From: an uncultured Acidimicrobiales bacterium | GTDB lineage: Bacteria; Actinomycetota; Acidimicrobiia; Acidimicrobiales; SZUA-35 | Assembly (NCBI GenBank): GCA_937922785.1 | Contig: CALAJQ010000006.1 | Coordinates: 122,156 to 186,155 of the forward strand | Length of the DNA stretch: 64,000 nt | Direction of reading: 5' to 3' | Shown here: piece by piece, positions 8,639 through 17,231 of the stretch | How the letters are laid out: each line of letters begins with the position of its first letter | How positions within the stretch are numbered: position 1 is the first letter of the stretch | The notes under the pieces: model-generated | The model's database searches: none | Seen by the model: only the letters and a program-made list of their open reading frames with translations | Told to the model about the DNA's origin: nothing | Position numbers and translations under genes: made by a program

Positions 8639-11619
8639 CCCGGTGAGGTCGCCGTTGGTGACGGGTCACAGACGTCGCCGATTCCGTCGCCATCAGTGTC
8701 TTCCTGAAGCGGATCGAAGTGATAAGGGCAAACATCTGACGTGGCTGGGATCGCGTCACCGTCTTGGGTTGGGTTGATGGTGACTGTGATTGTTGCGGTG
8801 TCGGTTGCGCCGCTGGGATCTTCGACGGTGTAGGTGAAGGAGTCCGACAGCGTCTGTGAGCCATCGTGGGTGTAAGTCATCGTTCCGTCGCCATTGTGGA
8901 CTACGGCGCCGTTTGTGCCGTTGGTTACCACCGTCACCACAAGCGCGTCACCCTCAACGTCGCTGTCATTCAACCTGACATCAATCGTCGTCGCTGAACC
9001 TCCACTGTCCACTGACAGAACGTCATTGCTAGCGGCAGGTGGGTCGTTCGCGGGAGCGACCGTAACTGTGACTGTTGCTGGGTCAGAGTCCTCGCCGGAG
9101 GAATCGGTCACGATGTAGGTAAACCAGTCAGACCCGTTTGTGTCTTGGTTTGGGGTGTAGGTGAATGTTCCGTCGCCGTTGGAAACAACGCTTCCTTTGG
9201 CCGCATCGGTGCCCAGCACAGCGGTTGAGGAGGCCACAGTTGTGTCCTCAATGTCGGTGTCATTATCGGTGACATCGGCGGTTGTAAATGCGACGTCTTC
9301 AGTTGTTCCGTACCCGGTTCCGGCGTCAGCGTTGGCTGAGGGCCGATCGTTGATAGGGCTTATCACCACCGTCACGGTTGCCGGCGCCGAGGTATTTCCG
9401 GCTGGATCAGAAACCGTGTATGTGAACGAGTCAGCGCCAAAGTAGTCGGCTGGAGGTGAATAGTTGATGGTTGAACCGACGTGAGTGATTGTCCCGCCTT
9501 GGTCTGAAGCTGCTTGCGGGTTCCAGGTCAAGGTTTGGTTCTCGGGGTCAGAATCGTTGGCTGCAAGGTTGAAACTTACTGGTGTGTCCTCGTCGGTTGC
9601 CGATGAGTCGTCGCCTGCAGTTGGGTCTTCATCGACGTCTGCAACCGTTACTGTTGCAGCAGCAACTACGTCGAAGTCAGCATCGGAAACAGTCACTTCG
9701 ATTGAGTACGAAGTCTGTGACTCGTGATCCAGGGCCGCGGCCACTTGGACCTGGCCTCCGGGCGTTATCGCAAATCGCCCGGTTGGATCGCCAGCAGTAA
9801 TGGCGAAACCAAGCGTGTCGCCGTCGACATCTGCAGAGGTGATTTGCAGCACGGCCTGTCCGACCGATACGTCCTCATCTATCGATGTGTCGGTAGCCGA
9901 TGCTGTCGGCGGATCGTTAATGGGAGTAACTGTTACGCGGAAGACTCCAGTGACCGACGGATTGAAGCCATCGGAGATTGTGTAGGTGACGTCTTCGCTG
10001 CCAAAGAAGTCCTGGTCTGGGACGTACTCAACCCAGCCCCCCTGGATGCTGGCGGTGCCATTGGGCGGGTTACCTACCGAGGTCACTGATAGCGAGTCTC
10101 CATCGGGATCTGTGTCGTTTGCGAGAACATCTTTCAGGACGCGGGCGTCCTCCACGATCGTCGATGAGTCATTGTTGGCCGTTGGTGCCTGGTTGACTAC
10201 AGGTGGCACTGTTGCAGGGGCGGCTGTGGTTGTGGTTGTCGGCTGGGTTGTTGTGGTTGAGGCCGGTGGCGCTGATGTGGATGGCTGAATTGTTGTCGTC
10301 GACTCGACAGTCGTAGTAGTTGGTCTAGTTGTGGGCACGATCGTTGTCACCGGTCCGACTGTTGTTGGTGGCACCGATAGCCCTGGACGGGTAGTTGTGG
10401 TCGTTAGTGGCGCAGCCATCGGCAACTCCTGAGCTACCGGTGGATCGACGGGCTGCCCGCTTACAGCCACCGTGACCAGTCCGACGACCGCAACCGCAGC
10501 GGACCAGGTGCTCGTCGCGACTACCGAGATAGTCGGCGCGGGGATCTGGGCAGATCCTGTTAGGTTCGCTAGCCACGCCCAGGGTCCGGCAACAGCCTGT
10601 AGACGACCCAGGCTGATCTGCAAAAACGCCCTAACCATCATTGGGTCAAATTGGGTTCCAGCGCATGCGGTCAATTCCTGGCGAGCCAGATCGGCACTGA
10701 GCGGCTTCTTATAGCTTCGAGCGCTTGTCATCACATCAAACGCATCGGCGATCGCAACCAGACGGCCGGCCACCGATATGTCTGAACCGGCTAGATCATC
10801 GGGGTATCCCTTACCATCCCATCGGCAGTGGTGCTGATCGGCAGCGTGAACCCATTCGCCAAGCCAAGGACGAAGGGGCTCCAACAGCGAACGTGACGCG
10901 GCTGGATGGCCTTGGAGAAGCTTCCACTCGTCATCAGTTGGCCTCCCATCTTTGTTCAGAATTTCTTTAGGGACGGTCAGTTTTCCGACATCGTGCAGGA
11001 GCGCTGACCAACGCAGAAGATTCATGTCGTGGTCGCCGAGACCCAACTCCTCACCCAACAGCTCCGAATAGGTTCGTACGCGCTCAGAATGGCCACGGGT
11101 GAGACGGTCGTGGTCGTTTACCTCGGCAAGCAACTGCACGAGGTAGTGGCCGTACAGCTCGGCTTTGGCTGAATCGCCGCTAAGTTTTGCAGCTTCGATC
11201 TCTCGAAGCATTTTCTTTGAGTTCGAGTTACGTAATGCTGCCTTGGTTCGCGACGGCGCGTTGTCGGGAAATACAAGTGTGAGCTTCATCAGAAGCACAA
11301 GGGGCATCAATCGTCTGCTCAACTTCGACAGAACATACAGAAGCAAGTTTGCGGCAACAAAGACACCGGCAACCCACAGCCACTTGTTGATTCCAAGCCT
11401 GTCCGGTGGAAAGGACCGACCCATCTGCCAGGTGAAAACGATGGATCCGAGGAGCGGCGCGAAAATGATCGTCGCTCTCAAAAGGCGGGCCAACCAAGGG
11501 CGCGAATGCCAGCGGTCCAACTTCGCCGAGTGTCGTTCAGCGCCCTGTGTCGGACCTCGCTCAGCCATTGAGGAATGCATCGACAAGATGGTGTCAGTTC
11601 TGGAGTTAGACCTGGCCAT
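7639..11619 (-). CDS. Giant membrane protein of 1326 aa. Predicted layout: N-terminus in the cytoplasm, TM1, TM2, a cytoplasmic HD-GYP phosphodiesterase domain, TM3, then an extracytoplasmic Thr/Pro-rich linker, about 5 cadherin/Ig-like roughly 95-aa repeats with DxDxDGD motifs, a TSP3-like Ca-binding motif and 7 FG-GAP repeats (beta-propeller)
   Basis: A single uninterrupted 3981-bp ORF. The HD domain is marked by HSERV...LLHDVGK, and the GYP signature by HHCRWDGKGYP. Hydrophobic segments fall at about residues 47-66, 79-97 and 364-388. Seven repeats of the form F(T/S)DSGQxLG....ALGDIDGDGDLD occupy the C-terminus. Confidence 0.85.
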   Translation of the reverse strand: MARSNSRTDTILSMHSSMAERGPTQGAERHSAKLDRWHSRPWLARLLRATIIFAPLLGSIVFTWQMGRSFPPDRLGINKWLWVAGVFVAANLLLYVLSKLSRRLMPLVLLMKLTLVFPDNAPSRTKAALRNSNSKKMLREIEAAKLSGDSAKAELYGHYLVQLLAEVNDHDRLTRGHSERVRTYSELLGEELGLGDHDMNLLRWSALLHDVGKLTVPKEILNKDGRPTDDEWKLLQGHPAASRSLLEPLRPWLGEWVHAADQHHCRWDGKGYPDDLAGSDISVAGRLVAIADAFDVMTSARSYKKPLSADLARQELTACAGTQFDPMMVRAFLQISLGRLQAVAGPWAWLANLTGSAQIPAPTISVVATSTWSAAVAVVGLVTVAVSGQPVDPPVAQELPMAAPLTTTTTRPGLSVPPTTVGPVTTIVPTTRPTTTTVESTTTIQPSTSAPPASTTTTQPTTTTTAAPATVPPVVNQAPTANNDSSTIVEDARVLKDVLANDTDPDGDSLSVTSVGNPPNGTASIQGGWVEYVPDQDFFGSEDVTYTISDGFNPSVTGVFRVTVTPINDPPTASATDTSIDEDVSVGQAVLQITSADVDGDTLGFAITAGDPTGRFAITPGGQVQVAAALDHESQTSYSIEVTVSDADFDVVAAATVTVADVDEDPTAGDDSSATDEDTPVSFNLAANDSDPENQTLTWNPQAASDQGGTITHVGSTINYSPPADYFGADSFTYTVSDPAGNTSAPATVTVVISPINDRPSANADAGTGYGTTEDVAFTTADVTDNDTDIEDTTVASSTAVLGTDAAKGSVVSNGDGTFTYTPNQDTNGSDWFTYIVTDSSGEDSDPATVTVTVAPANDPPAASNDVLSVDSGGSATTIDVRLNDSDVEGDALVVTVVTNGTNGAVVHNGDGTMTYTHDGSQTLSDSFTYTVEDPSGATDTATITVTINPTQDGDAIPATSDVCPYHFDPLQEDTDGDGIGDVCDPSPTATSPGTFVDSGQSVGGTGKNFAVALGDIDGDGDLDAVFASRGDGNKVEFNDGTGSFTDSGQTLGSDDSDGVALGDIDGDGDLDVVFANYGPDTVWINNGSGVFSDSGQSLGVNDTADVVLGDFDLDGDLDLATGVLDGDNKIWRNNGLGAFSDSGQNLGAEKATAAATADIDGDGDLDLVYAHENENNTVWLNNGSGVFTDSGQVLGSNKSHDVALADLDGDGDLDILFGEDTDSDTVWLNNGNGVFTDTGQALGNSHTHTVALGDIDGDGDIDAFLADHTDANSVWTNNGNGVFTDSGQSLSNRKTEGIALGDVNGDSRLDAVAANDGSPGRVWIN

Positions 11620-11666
11620 TGCCTAGTTGGCCTAGGCCCTTTGGCCTGTGCCTATTGCCGCGTTTG

Positions 11667-12794
11667 TTACCGAGTTGCCTGAAGCACAACGAACTTCGAG
11701 TTCGACGCCCTAGTTTCACAGTTCCCGAACAGCCGATTTAGGGCAACGTGGTAGCCGAGATGTCGGTTGCCAATCACGAGCAGTTGGCCGTCTTTGCAGA
11801 GGAACCTATGGCTTGCGCTAAACATCTCGTTTGATGCTTGGGAGCTGAGTGCTGCGTTGCTGTGGAAGGGCGGGTTGTTGAGGACAAGGTCGATCGAGCC
11901 AGGTTCGGGTAACAAGTCTTCGGGAGCAGACAAGATGTCCGCGGCAATGAAGCGTGCCCGTTCGGAGCTGCCACAGGCCTTGACGGTTGCCTGCGCCGAT
12001 GCGATCGCACCATAAGACTCATCGACAAATGTGCAATGTGCGCTGGGGTGTTGCTGAAGGAACGTTGCCCCAACGATTCCGTTGCCACAACCCAGGTCAA
12101 CAGCGCTTGTAAAGCCCGCGGCGGGCAGGTGCTCAAGAAAGAACCTCGTGCCGATGTCGAGCTTTCTGGCTGAAAACACTCCTGCCCAGTTTGTTGTCTT
12201 TATGCCGTCGTGCTCCCAGACCAATGGCCACGGGTTTTGCCCGCCTCGCAACGAAGCGTCGAAGTCCACAAACCCCAGCCGAGCCTTCTTGCGGGCCAAA
12301 GAGGTTTTGATTGGTCCAAGTATTGATTCGAACAGGTCGAGAGTCGAGGTGTGGACATGCCTTGTCATCCCGCCCACGACCACCACAGACCCATCACCCA
12401 GAACGAGCCGTAAGCGATGGAGCTGATCCTCTAACAGCGAGTTGTGCTTGGGAACCTTGATAAGCACAAGGTCGAAGATCCCCTCCAGGTCCTGAGTGCT
12501 AGGTAGCGCCTGAACGTCGGCCGAACCAAGTCTGTTTGTGGCCAAATTCAACTCGAGCGCGTTGTGGGCGGCCACAGAATCACCCCAAGAAACCACGCTT
12601 GCTCCCTGACTAGCCAACGCCACTGCAAGGGCCCCGTATCCGTCATTGACCACAAGAATTGATCCGGTCGCCCGAACTGCCGCCTCAGCTAGATGGTTGA
12701 GAATGTACTCATCGGCAGCGTCCCAAGCGCGAAGCGAGCCGTCGTCGGTTTCGCCTCGGGCTAGGTCGAATCTGCCCTGAGGAACTTCCATCAT
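11667..12794 (-). CDS. Two-domain rRNA (guanine-N2)-methyltransferase of the RsmC/RlmG family
   Basis: 375 aa. The C-terminal MTase carries the N-methyltransferase motif LVLNNPPFH and a Gly-rich SAM-binding region (VDLGCGNG). Confidence 0.6.
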   Translation of the reverse strand: MMEVPQGRFDLARGETDDGSLRAWDAADEYILNHLAEAAVRATGSILVVNDGYGALAVALASQGASVVSWGDSVAAHNALELNLATNRLGSADVQALPSTQDLEGIFDLVLIKVPKHNSLLEDQLHRLRLVLGDGSVVVVGGMTRHVHTSTLDLFESILGPIKTSLARKKARLGFVDFDASLRGGQNPWPLVWEHDGIKTTNWAGVFSARKLDIGTRFFLEHLPAAGFTSAVDLGCGNGIVGATFLQQHPSAHCTFVDESYGAIASAQATVKACGSSERARFIAADILSAPEDLLPEPGSIDLVLNNPPFHSNAALSSQASNEMFSASHRFLCKDGQLLVIGNRHLGYHVALNRLFGNCETRASNSKFVVLQATR

Positions 12795-12862
12795 CGACCG
12801 ACCTTATCTTGGCCCGCGATGAGCTGGTGTTGGGAGGTCTCACGGCTTAGTGTTGAACTGGT

Positions 12863-14329
12863 ATGGGATTATTGGATCGACTGCGCCCGGCCGAAAAGCA
12901 AGATCCACTGGTCAGCGACTTGGCTCGAGCTCTGGCGCCCGATCGAGTTCGTAACGACGGCGTGTCGCGATCGTTGCAGAGTCACGATGCTTCGGTCTTC
13001 GAAGGCGGCGTATCGGGTCCCGTTTGCTACCCAGTTTCGACCGCAGAGGTTGCGGCGATCATGAAGGTTGCCAAAAAACACAACCGAGGTGTGGTTCCTC
13101 GTGGGGCTGGCACAGGCCTGGCCGGGGGAGCGATTCCGTTGGGGGCTCCCGTTGTTGTAGCGCTCACTCGGATGAACAAGATTCTCGAGGTGGACATCGA
13201 GAATCGGATCGCCTGGGTAGAACCGGGTGTAGTCAACCTTGACCTAACCAAGCAGCTGACCCCGTTGGGTTTTCACTTCGCGCCGGATCCTTCAAGCCAA
13301 CAAGTCTGCACCATCGGCGGCAACGTCGCGAACAATTCGGGTGGCCCGCATTGCTTGGCTTATGGAGTTACCAACGCCCACGTCCAGGCGATTGAAGTGG
13401 TCCTAGCGGACGGCGAAGTTGTAACTCTTGGCGGACTGGATGCCGAACCACTTGGTCTTGATCTTCGAGGCGCATTCATAGGTGGCGAAGGCACGCTGGG
13501 TATCGCCACAAAGGTAGCTATCACCCTCACGCCAAACCCGCCAGCCGTCAAGACCTTGCTGTTGTCGTTCGACACGGTCGCAGCATCGGCCAATACCGTT
13601 TCCGCGGTGGTGGCCGCCGGAATTGTTCCCGCGGCGATGGAGGTAATGGATCAACGTTGCATAGAAGCGGTCGAAGCCTATGTGGGCGCCGGTTATCCGA
13701 TCGAAGCGGCCGCCGTGCTGCTCGCCGAGGTTGACGGGCTGGAACCAACAGTCGATGCCGACGCTGAAAAGATTGCGGCAATCGGACGAGAAAATGGTGC
13801 CACAAACGTTCGAATTGCAGAGTCTGAACAAGAACGAGAGTTACTTTGGAAGGGTCGTAAGACCGCCTTTGGGGCAGTGGCGGCCATTGCTCCGGACTAC
13901 TACCTACATGACACAGTCGTGCCTCGCTCGGCGCTCGCTGAGGTGCTCGAGAAGGTGTACGAAATAGCCGGGCGTTATGAGATCAAGGTAATGAACGTGT
14001 TCCACGCCGGCGATGGCAACCTGCACCCGCTCCTGATTTTCGACGCACGGGATGAAGGTGTTCTCGAACGGGTCCATGCTGCGGGCTCTGAGATCCTGCA
14101 CGCTTCGTTGGAAGCGGGCGGAGTGCTTTCAGGAGAGCACGGGATCGGTGTCGAGAAACAGCCGTTCATGGAGTTCATGTTTACCGACACTGATATGGAT
14201 CATCAGGGCAGGCTAAGAAGTGCTTTCGACCCAGCGTGTAGGTCCAATCCTGGGAAGGTTCTGCCTCTCGGTCATAGTTGCGCTGATATTCAATCCTTGC
14301 GCAGTGTGCCAGATGAGGTGTGGGGATGA
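12863..14329 (+). CDS. glcD: FAD-linked oxidase, a GlcD-like subunit of glycolate oxidase
   Basis: 488 aa FAD-binding PCMH-type oxidase. It is followed, with overlapping stop and start codons, by GlcE- and GlcF-like genes. Confidence 0.75.
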   Translation: MGLLDRLRPAEKQDPLVSDLARALAPDRVRNDGVSRSLQSHDASVFEGGVSGPVCYPVSTAEVAAIMKVAKKHNRGVVPRGAGTGLAGGAIPLGAPVVVALTRMNKILEVDIENRIAWVEPGVVNLDLTKQLTPLGFHFAPDPSSQQVCTIGGNVANNSGGPHCLAYGVTNAHVQAIEVVLADGEVVTLGGLDAEPLGLDLRGAFIGGEGTLGIATKVAITLTPNPPAVKTLLLSFDTVAASANTVSAVVAAGIVPAAMEVMDQRCIEAVEAYVGAGYPIEAAAVLLAEVDGLEPTVDADAEKIAAIGRENGATNVRIAESEQERELLWKGRKTAFGAVAAIAPDYYLHDTVVPRSALAEVLEKVYEIAGRYEIKVMNVFHAGDGNLHPLLIFDARDEGVLERVHAAGSEILHASLEAGGVLSGEHGIGVEKQPFMEFMFTDTDMDHQGRLRSAFDPACRSNPGKVLPLGHSCADIQSLRSVPDEVWG

Positions 14330-15249
14330 GTCCTGAAGTTACCGATCCAATCTTGGTTGACTTTGCGGCCGAGATCGGAGACTCGGGGCCTGTGACCATC
14401 GCTGGCTCCAAGACCCGTTGGGACACCGGTGGACCGCTGGTCGCTGGAACACGCGAGGTCAAGGCTCCAGCCGGCATTGTTGAATATCGACCGGAAGAAA
14501 TGACTGTCAGAGTTTTGGCCGGTACCGACGTTTCGGTGCTGGATCAAGTGCTAAGGAAGGCCGGACAACAGACAGCGTTGCCGAAACGTTCAGGAACAGT
14601 TGGGGGAGCATTGGCAGTTGGCGAGAACTGTCTGCCGACGCTAGGACGGGGTCGAATCAGGGCCAGCTTGCTTCAAGTCAAGTACGTGTCCGCGGACGGC
14701 CTGCTGGTTACTGGCGGTGGCACCACAGTGAAGAACGTCAGCGGGTTTGATCTGCCCCGACTGATGGTCGGATCGCTTGGCACCCTAGGTCTTTTCGGTG
14801 AGGTGCTTCTGCGGACCAACCCGACGCCCGAACTGTCGGTTCTGGCTCGGGCCGAGGATGCGGACCCGTTCCAAGTAATGGACGCACTACTTAAGCCCAA
14901 CATGATTCTCTGGGACGGCAAGGCCACATGGGTAGAGCTGATCGGCAATCAGTCCGCGGTAGAGGCCGAGGCAGACAAGCTAACCAAGATTGCTACATTC
15001 GCCGAAACGGTGATTCCTCCAAAGTTGCCGCCCCACCGCTGGTCTCTCACACCGGCCGAGCTGAGGAATGTCGCAGACCACGACACCGGTAGTTTCGTTG
15101 CCTCAATTGGCGTAGGAACACTATGGGGAACCAAACCGCAACCTGCTAGAACCCTCGATCGTGGGGTCGCAGTCTTACACGAACGTATGAAAGCTCAATT
15201 CGACCCGACCGGACGGCTTAACCCTGGCCGCACACCTGGAGTGCTCTGA
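14326..15249 (+). CDS. glcE: Glycolate oxidase FAD-binding subunit GlcE-like
   Basis: ATGA overlap with the glcD stop. FAD-binding-domain protein of about 308 aa. The track ORF begins at GTG 14320, but ATG 14326 is preferred. Confidence 0.7.
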   Translation: MSPEVTDPILVDFAAEIGDSGPVTIAGSKTRWDTGGPLVAGTREVKAPAGIVEYRPEEMTVRVLAGTDVSVLDQVLRKAGQQTALPKRSGTVGGALAVGENCLPTLGRGRIRASLLQVKYVSADGLLVTGGGTTVKNVSGFDLPRLMVGSLGTLGLFGEVLLRTNPTPELSVLARAEDADPFQVMDALLKPNMILWDGKATWVELIGNQSAVEAEADKLTKIATFAETVIPPKLPPHRWSLTPAELRNVADHDTGSFVASIGVGTLWGTKPQPARTLDRGVAVLHERMKAQFDPTGRLNPGRTPGVL

Positions 15250-16406
15250 TGGATCTCAAACTTGACGCAGATGATCTGAACCAGTGCGTTCAATGTGGCC
15301 TTTGCCTTCCGCATTGCCCAACCTTTCGGGTGACCGGTGACGAGTCAATGTCGCCACGGGGCCGAATCGCCTTGATGCGCGAAGTTCAAGACTCTGACGC
15401 TCCAATTACCCCTGAGGTTTTGGACTCTTTCGAAACCTGTGTTCAATGCCGGGGCTGCGAACCGGCATGTCCATCGGGTGTGAAGTACGGCCACCTAATG
15501 GAACAGACACGAGAGACGCTGGCTGATGCCGGCGAGATGACGCCCCTTTGGCAGCGGCTGGCGATGAAGCCACTGAGTCAGCCGAAAGTGCTCAGGGCCG
15601 GCACCGCCGCACTTTCAATAGCCAACAAGTACAACTTGGTGCCCAAGCGACTTGGTCTGCCCACAGAGATCGATCTGTCAGTTGAGGTGCTTGAGGCCTC
15701 AGGAAACGACGTGTACCTGTTCACTGGTTGCGTGATGGACCACTTGCAGCGTGAAGTTCACGAAGCGGGCAAGCTGGTTCTTGAAGCCGCCGGGTTTGGT
15801 GTGACCCCGACTAACGAAATGGCTCCATGTTGTGGTGCTCTGCAGGCACACGCTGGTTTGGTCGGCGAGACTCGCCAGTTGGCAAAAACCATGATGGGTA
15901 ACCTCAGAGGGGACACGCCCATATTGGTTGACTCTGCTGGATGTGGTGCAGCAATGAAGGACTACGGGCACCTGTTGGGCACCAAAGAGGCCAGGGTCTT
16001 TTCCGAACGGGTTTATGACATAAGTGAGTTTCTTGCGCTGCACGTTGGCAAATTGCCTGAAGCACCGCGTCTTGCCAAACGAGTTGCGGTGCAGGATCCG
16101 TGCCATCTGCGCCACGTTCAACGAGTTCACGAGGCCACACGCACCGTTCTTAGGCCTTTTGTGGAAGAACTCGTTGAGCTTGACGACGACGGCTTGTGTT
16201 GTGGTGCCGGCGGCGCGTATTCGGTGCTTCAACCAAAGCTTGCCGGCCAAATCAGAGATCGCAAAGTGGAGGCCATCGACCGAGTCGAACCTGACCTAGT
16301 GGCAAGTGCAAACCCTGGCTGTTCAATGCACCTAGCAAGTGCAGGCGTACCCACGATCCACCCGATGCAAATTATCTGGGGTCAAGTCTCAAAAGTAGCT
16401 AGGTAG
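15249..16406 (+). CDS. glcF: Glycolate oxidase iron-sulfur subunit GlcF-like
   Basis: Two 4Fe-4S ferredoxin-type Cys clusters (CVQCGLCLPHCP and CVQCRGCEPACP) and a C-terminal CCG domain with a CCGAGG motif. TGATG overlap with glcE. Confidence 0.8.
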   Translation: MDLKLDADDLNQCVQCGLCLPHCPTFRVTGDESMSPRGRIALMREVQDSDAPITPEVLDSFETCVQCRGCEPACPSGVKYGHLMEQTRETLADAGEMTPLWQRLAMKPLSQPKVLRAGTAALSIANKYNLVPKRLGLPTEIDLSVEVLEASGNDVYLFTGCVMDHLQREVHEAGKLVLEAAGFGVTPTNEMAPCCGALQAHAGLVGETRQLAKTMMGNLRGDTPILVDSAGCGAAMKDYGHLLGTKEARVFSERVYDISEFLALHVGKLPEAPRLAKRVAVQDPCHLRHVQRVHEATRTVLRPFVEELVELDDDGLCCGAGGAYSVLQPKLAGQIRDRKVEAIDRVEPDLVASANPGCSMHLASAGVPTIHPMQIIWGQVSKVAR

Positions 16407-16427
16407 CCCTAGCTGTGGATAACTCCT

Positions 16428-17231
16428 TCACCCTGAGTTGGCACGAACGATGTCAGCAATTGCCTGGCGAATGATTCGGGGTTCTTCGGTCATCATCTGA
16501 TGCCCGACCTCGGGAAGGTCGATCACTTCCGGGCTAGACAGAGCTTCTACTACTTTCATGGCTGCCTTGCGAGGTGTCATCTTGTCGGCGTGACCAACTA
16601 GGACTGTTGTCGGGCAACTCACCTTGGCGGCAGTTTCAACGGAGTCCTTGTAGGCCATGCACGCTTCAAAGTCAGTTCGGAGAACGCCGGGCTTGGAACG
16701 CTCAACAAGGGCCCGTGCTCCTGAAGTCATCCAGAGACCAGGTGTCGGGTTCTGGCCGACATGAGCGCCTTTGGAGTGACCCCAGGCTGCCATCAGCGCC
16801 GCCGCCGCTGGCAAATCATTGGTGGCGTGGTCGAGCAGCTCGGGGTGGACGCCCATCGCGTCGGCGGTTCCCATCAGGACAAGTGACGCAACCAGGTCAG
16901 GCTGGCGAGCCGCAACTTCCAAAGCAATGAAAGTGCCCATCGAGTGGCCAACCAGGTGGACTGAGTTGAACCCCGCGGCAGCGCAGAACTTCACAAGCCA
17001 TTCGGCCTGATCGCCAATTGAAGTCAAGGCGTTACCGGCCGAACCGCCGTGGCCCGGCAGATCGACCGCAACAACGCGAAAGCCTCGGTAAGCCAGGTAC
17101 CGGGTCTGAAGCGACCAAACTGTGGAGTCCATGCCTGCGCCGTGAATCAAGATAACAACAGGTCCATCAGCCGCAATGGCTCGACCACCTGTTGCTCCGT
17201 GGGCGACCTTGCCCTCAACTTCGATCTTCAT
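16428..17231 (-). CDS. Alpha/beta-fold hydrolase
   Basis: Nucleophile elbow HLVGHSMG, an HG oxyanion motif (ILIHGAG) and a C-terminal His. 4-bp overlap with the upstream metY-like gene. Confidence 0.7.
   Translation of the reverse strand: MKIEVEGKVAHGATGGRAIAADGPVVILIHGAGMDSTVWSLQTRYLAYRGFRVVAVDLPGHGGSAGNALTSIGDQAEWLVKFCAAAGFNSVHLVGHSMGTFIALEVAARQPDLVASLVLMGTADAMGVHPELLDHATNDLPAAAALMAAWGHSKGAHVGQNPTPGLWMTSGARALVERSKPGVLRTDFEACMAYKDSVETAAKVSCPTTVLVGHADKMTPRKAAMKVVEALSSPEVIDLPEVGHQMMTEEPRIIRQAIADIVRANSG

Noticed and set aside
7643-10970. A dozen or more 60-120-aa ORFs on other frames and on the + strand inside the giant HD-GYP/FG-GAP gene. Several are Ser/Pro/Thr-rich.
   Set aside because: These are shadow ORFs created by the repetitive, GC3-rich coding sequence of the 1326-aa gene. 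The single long frame explains the region.
16428-17231. The possibility that the alpha/beta hydrolase after metY is MetX (homoserine O-acetyltransferase).
   Set aside because: At 267 aa it is about 100 aa shorter than MetX, and it has a GHSMG rather than a MetX-type nucleophile context. I kept it as a generic hydrolase.
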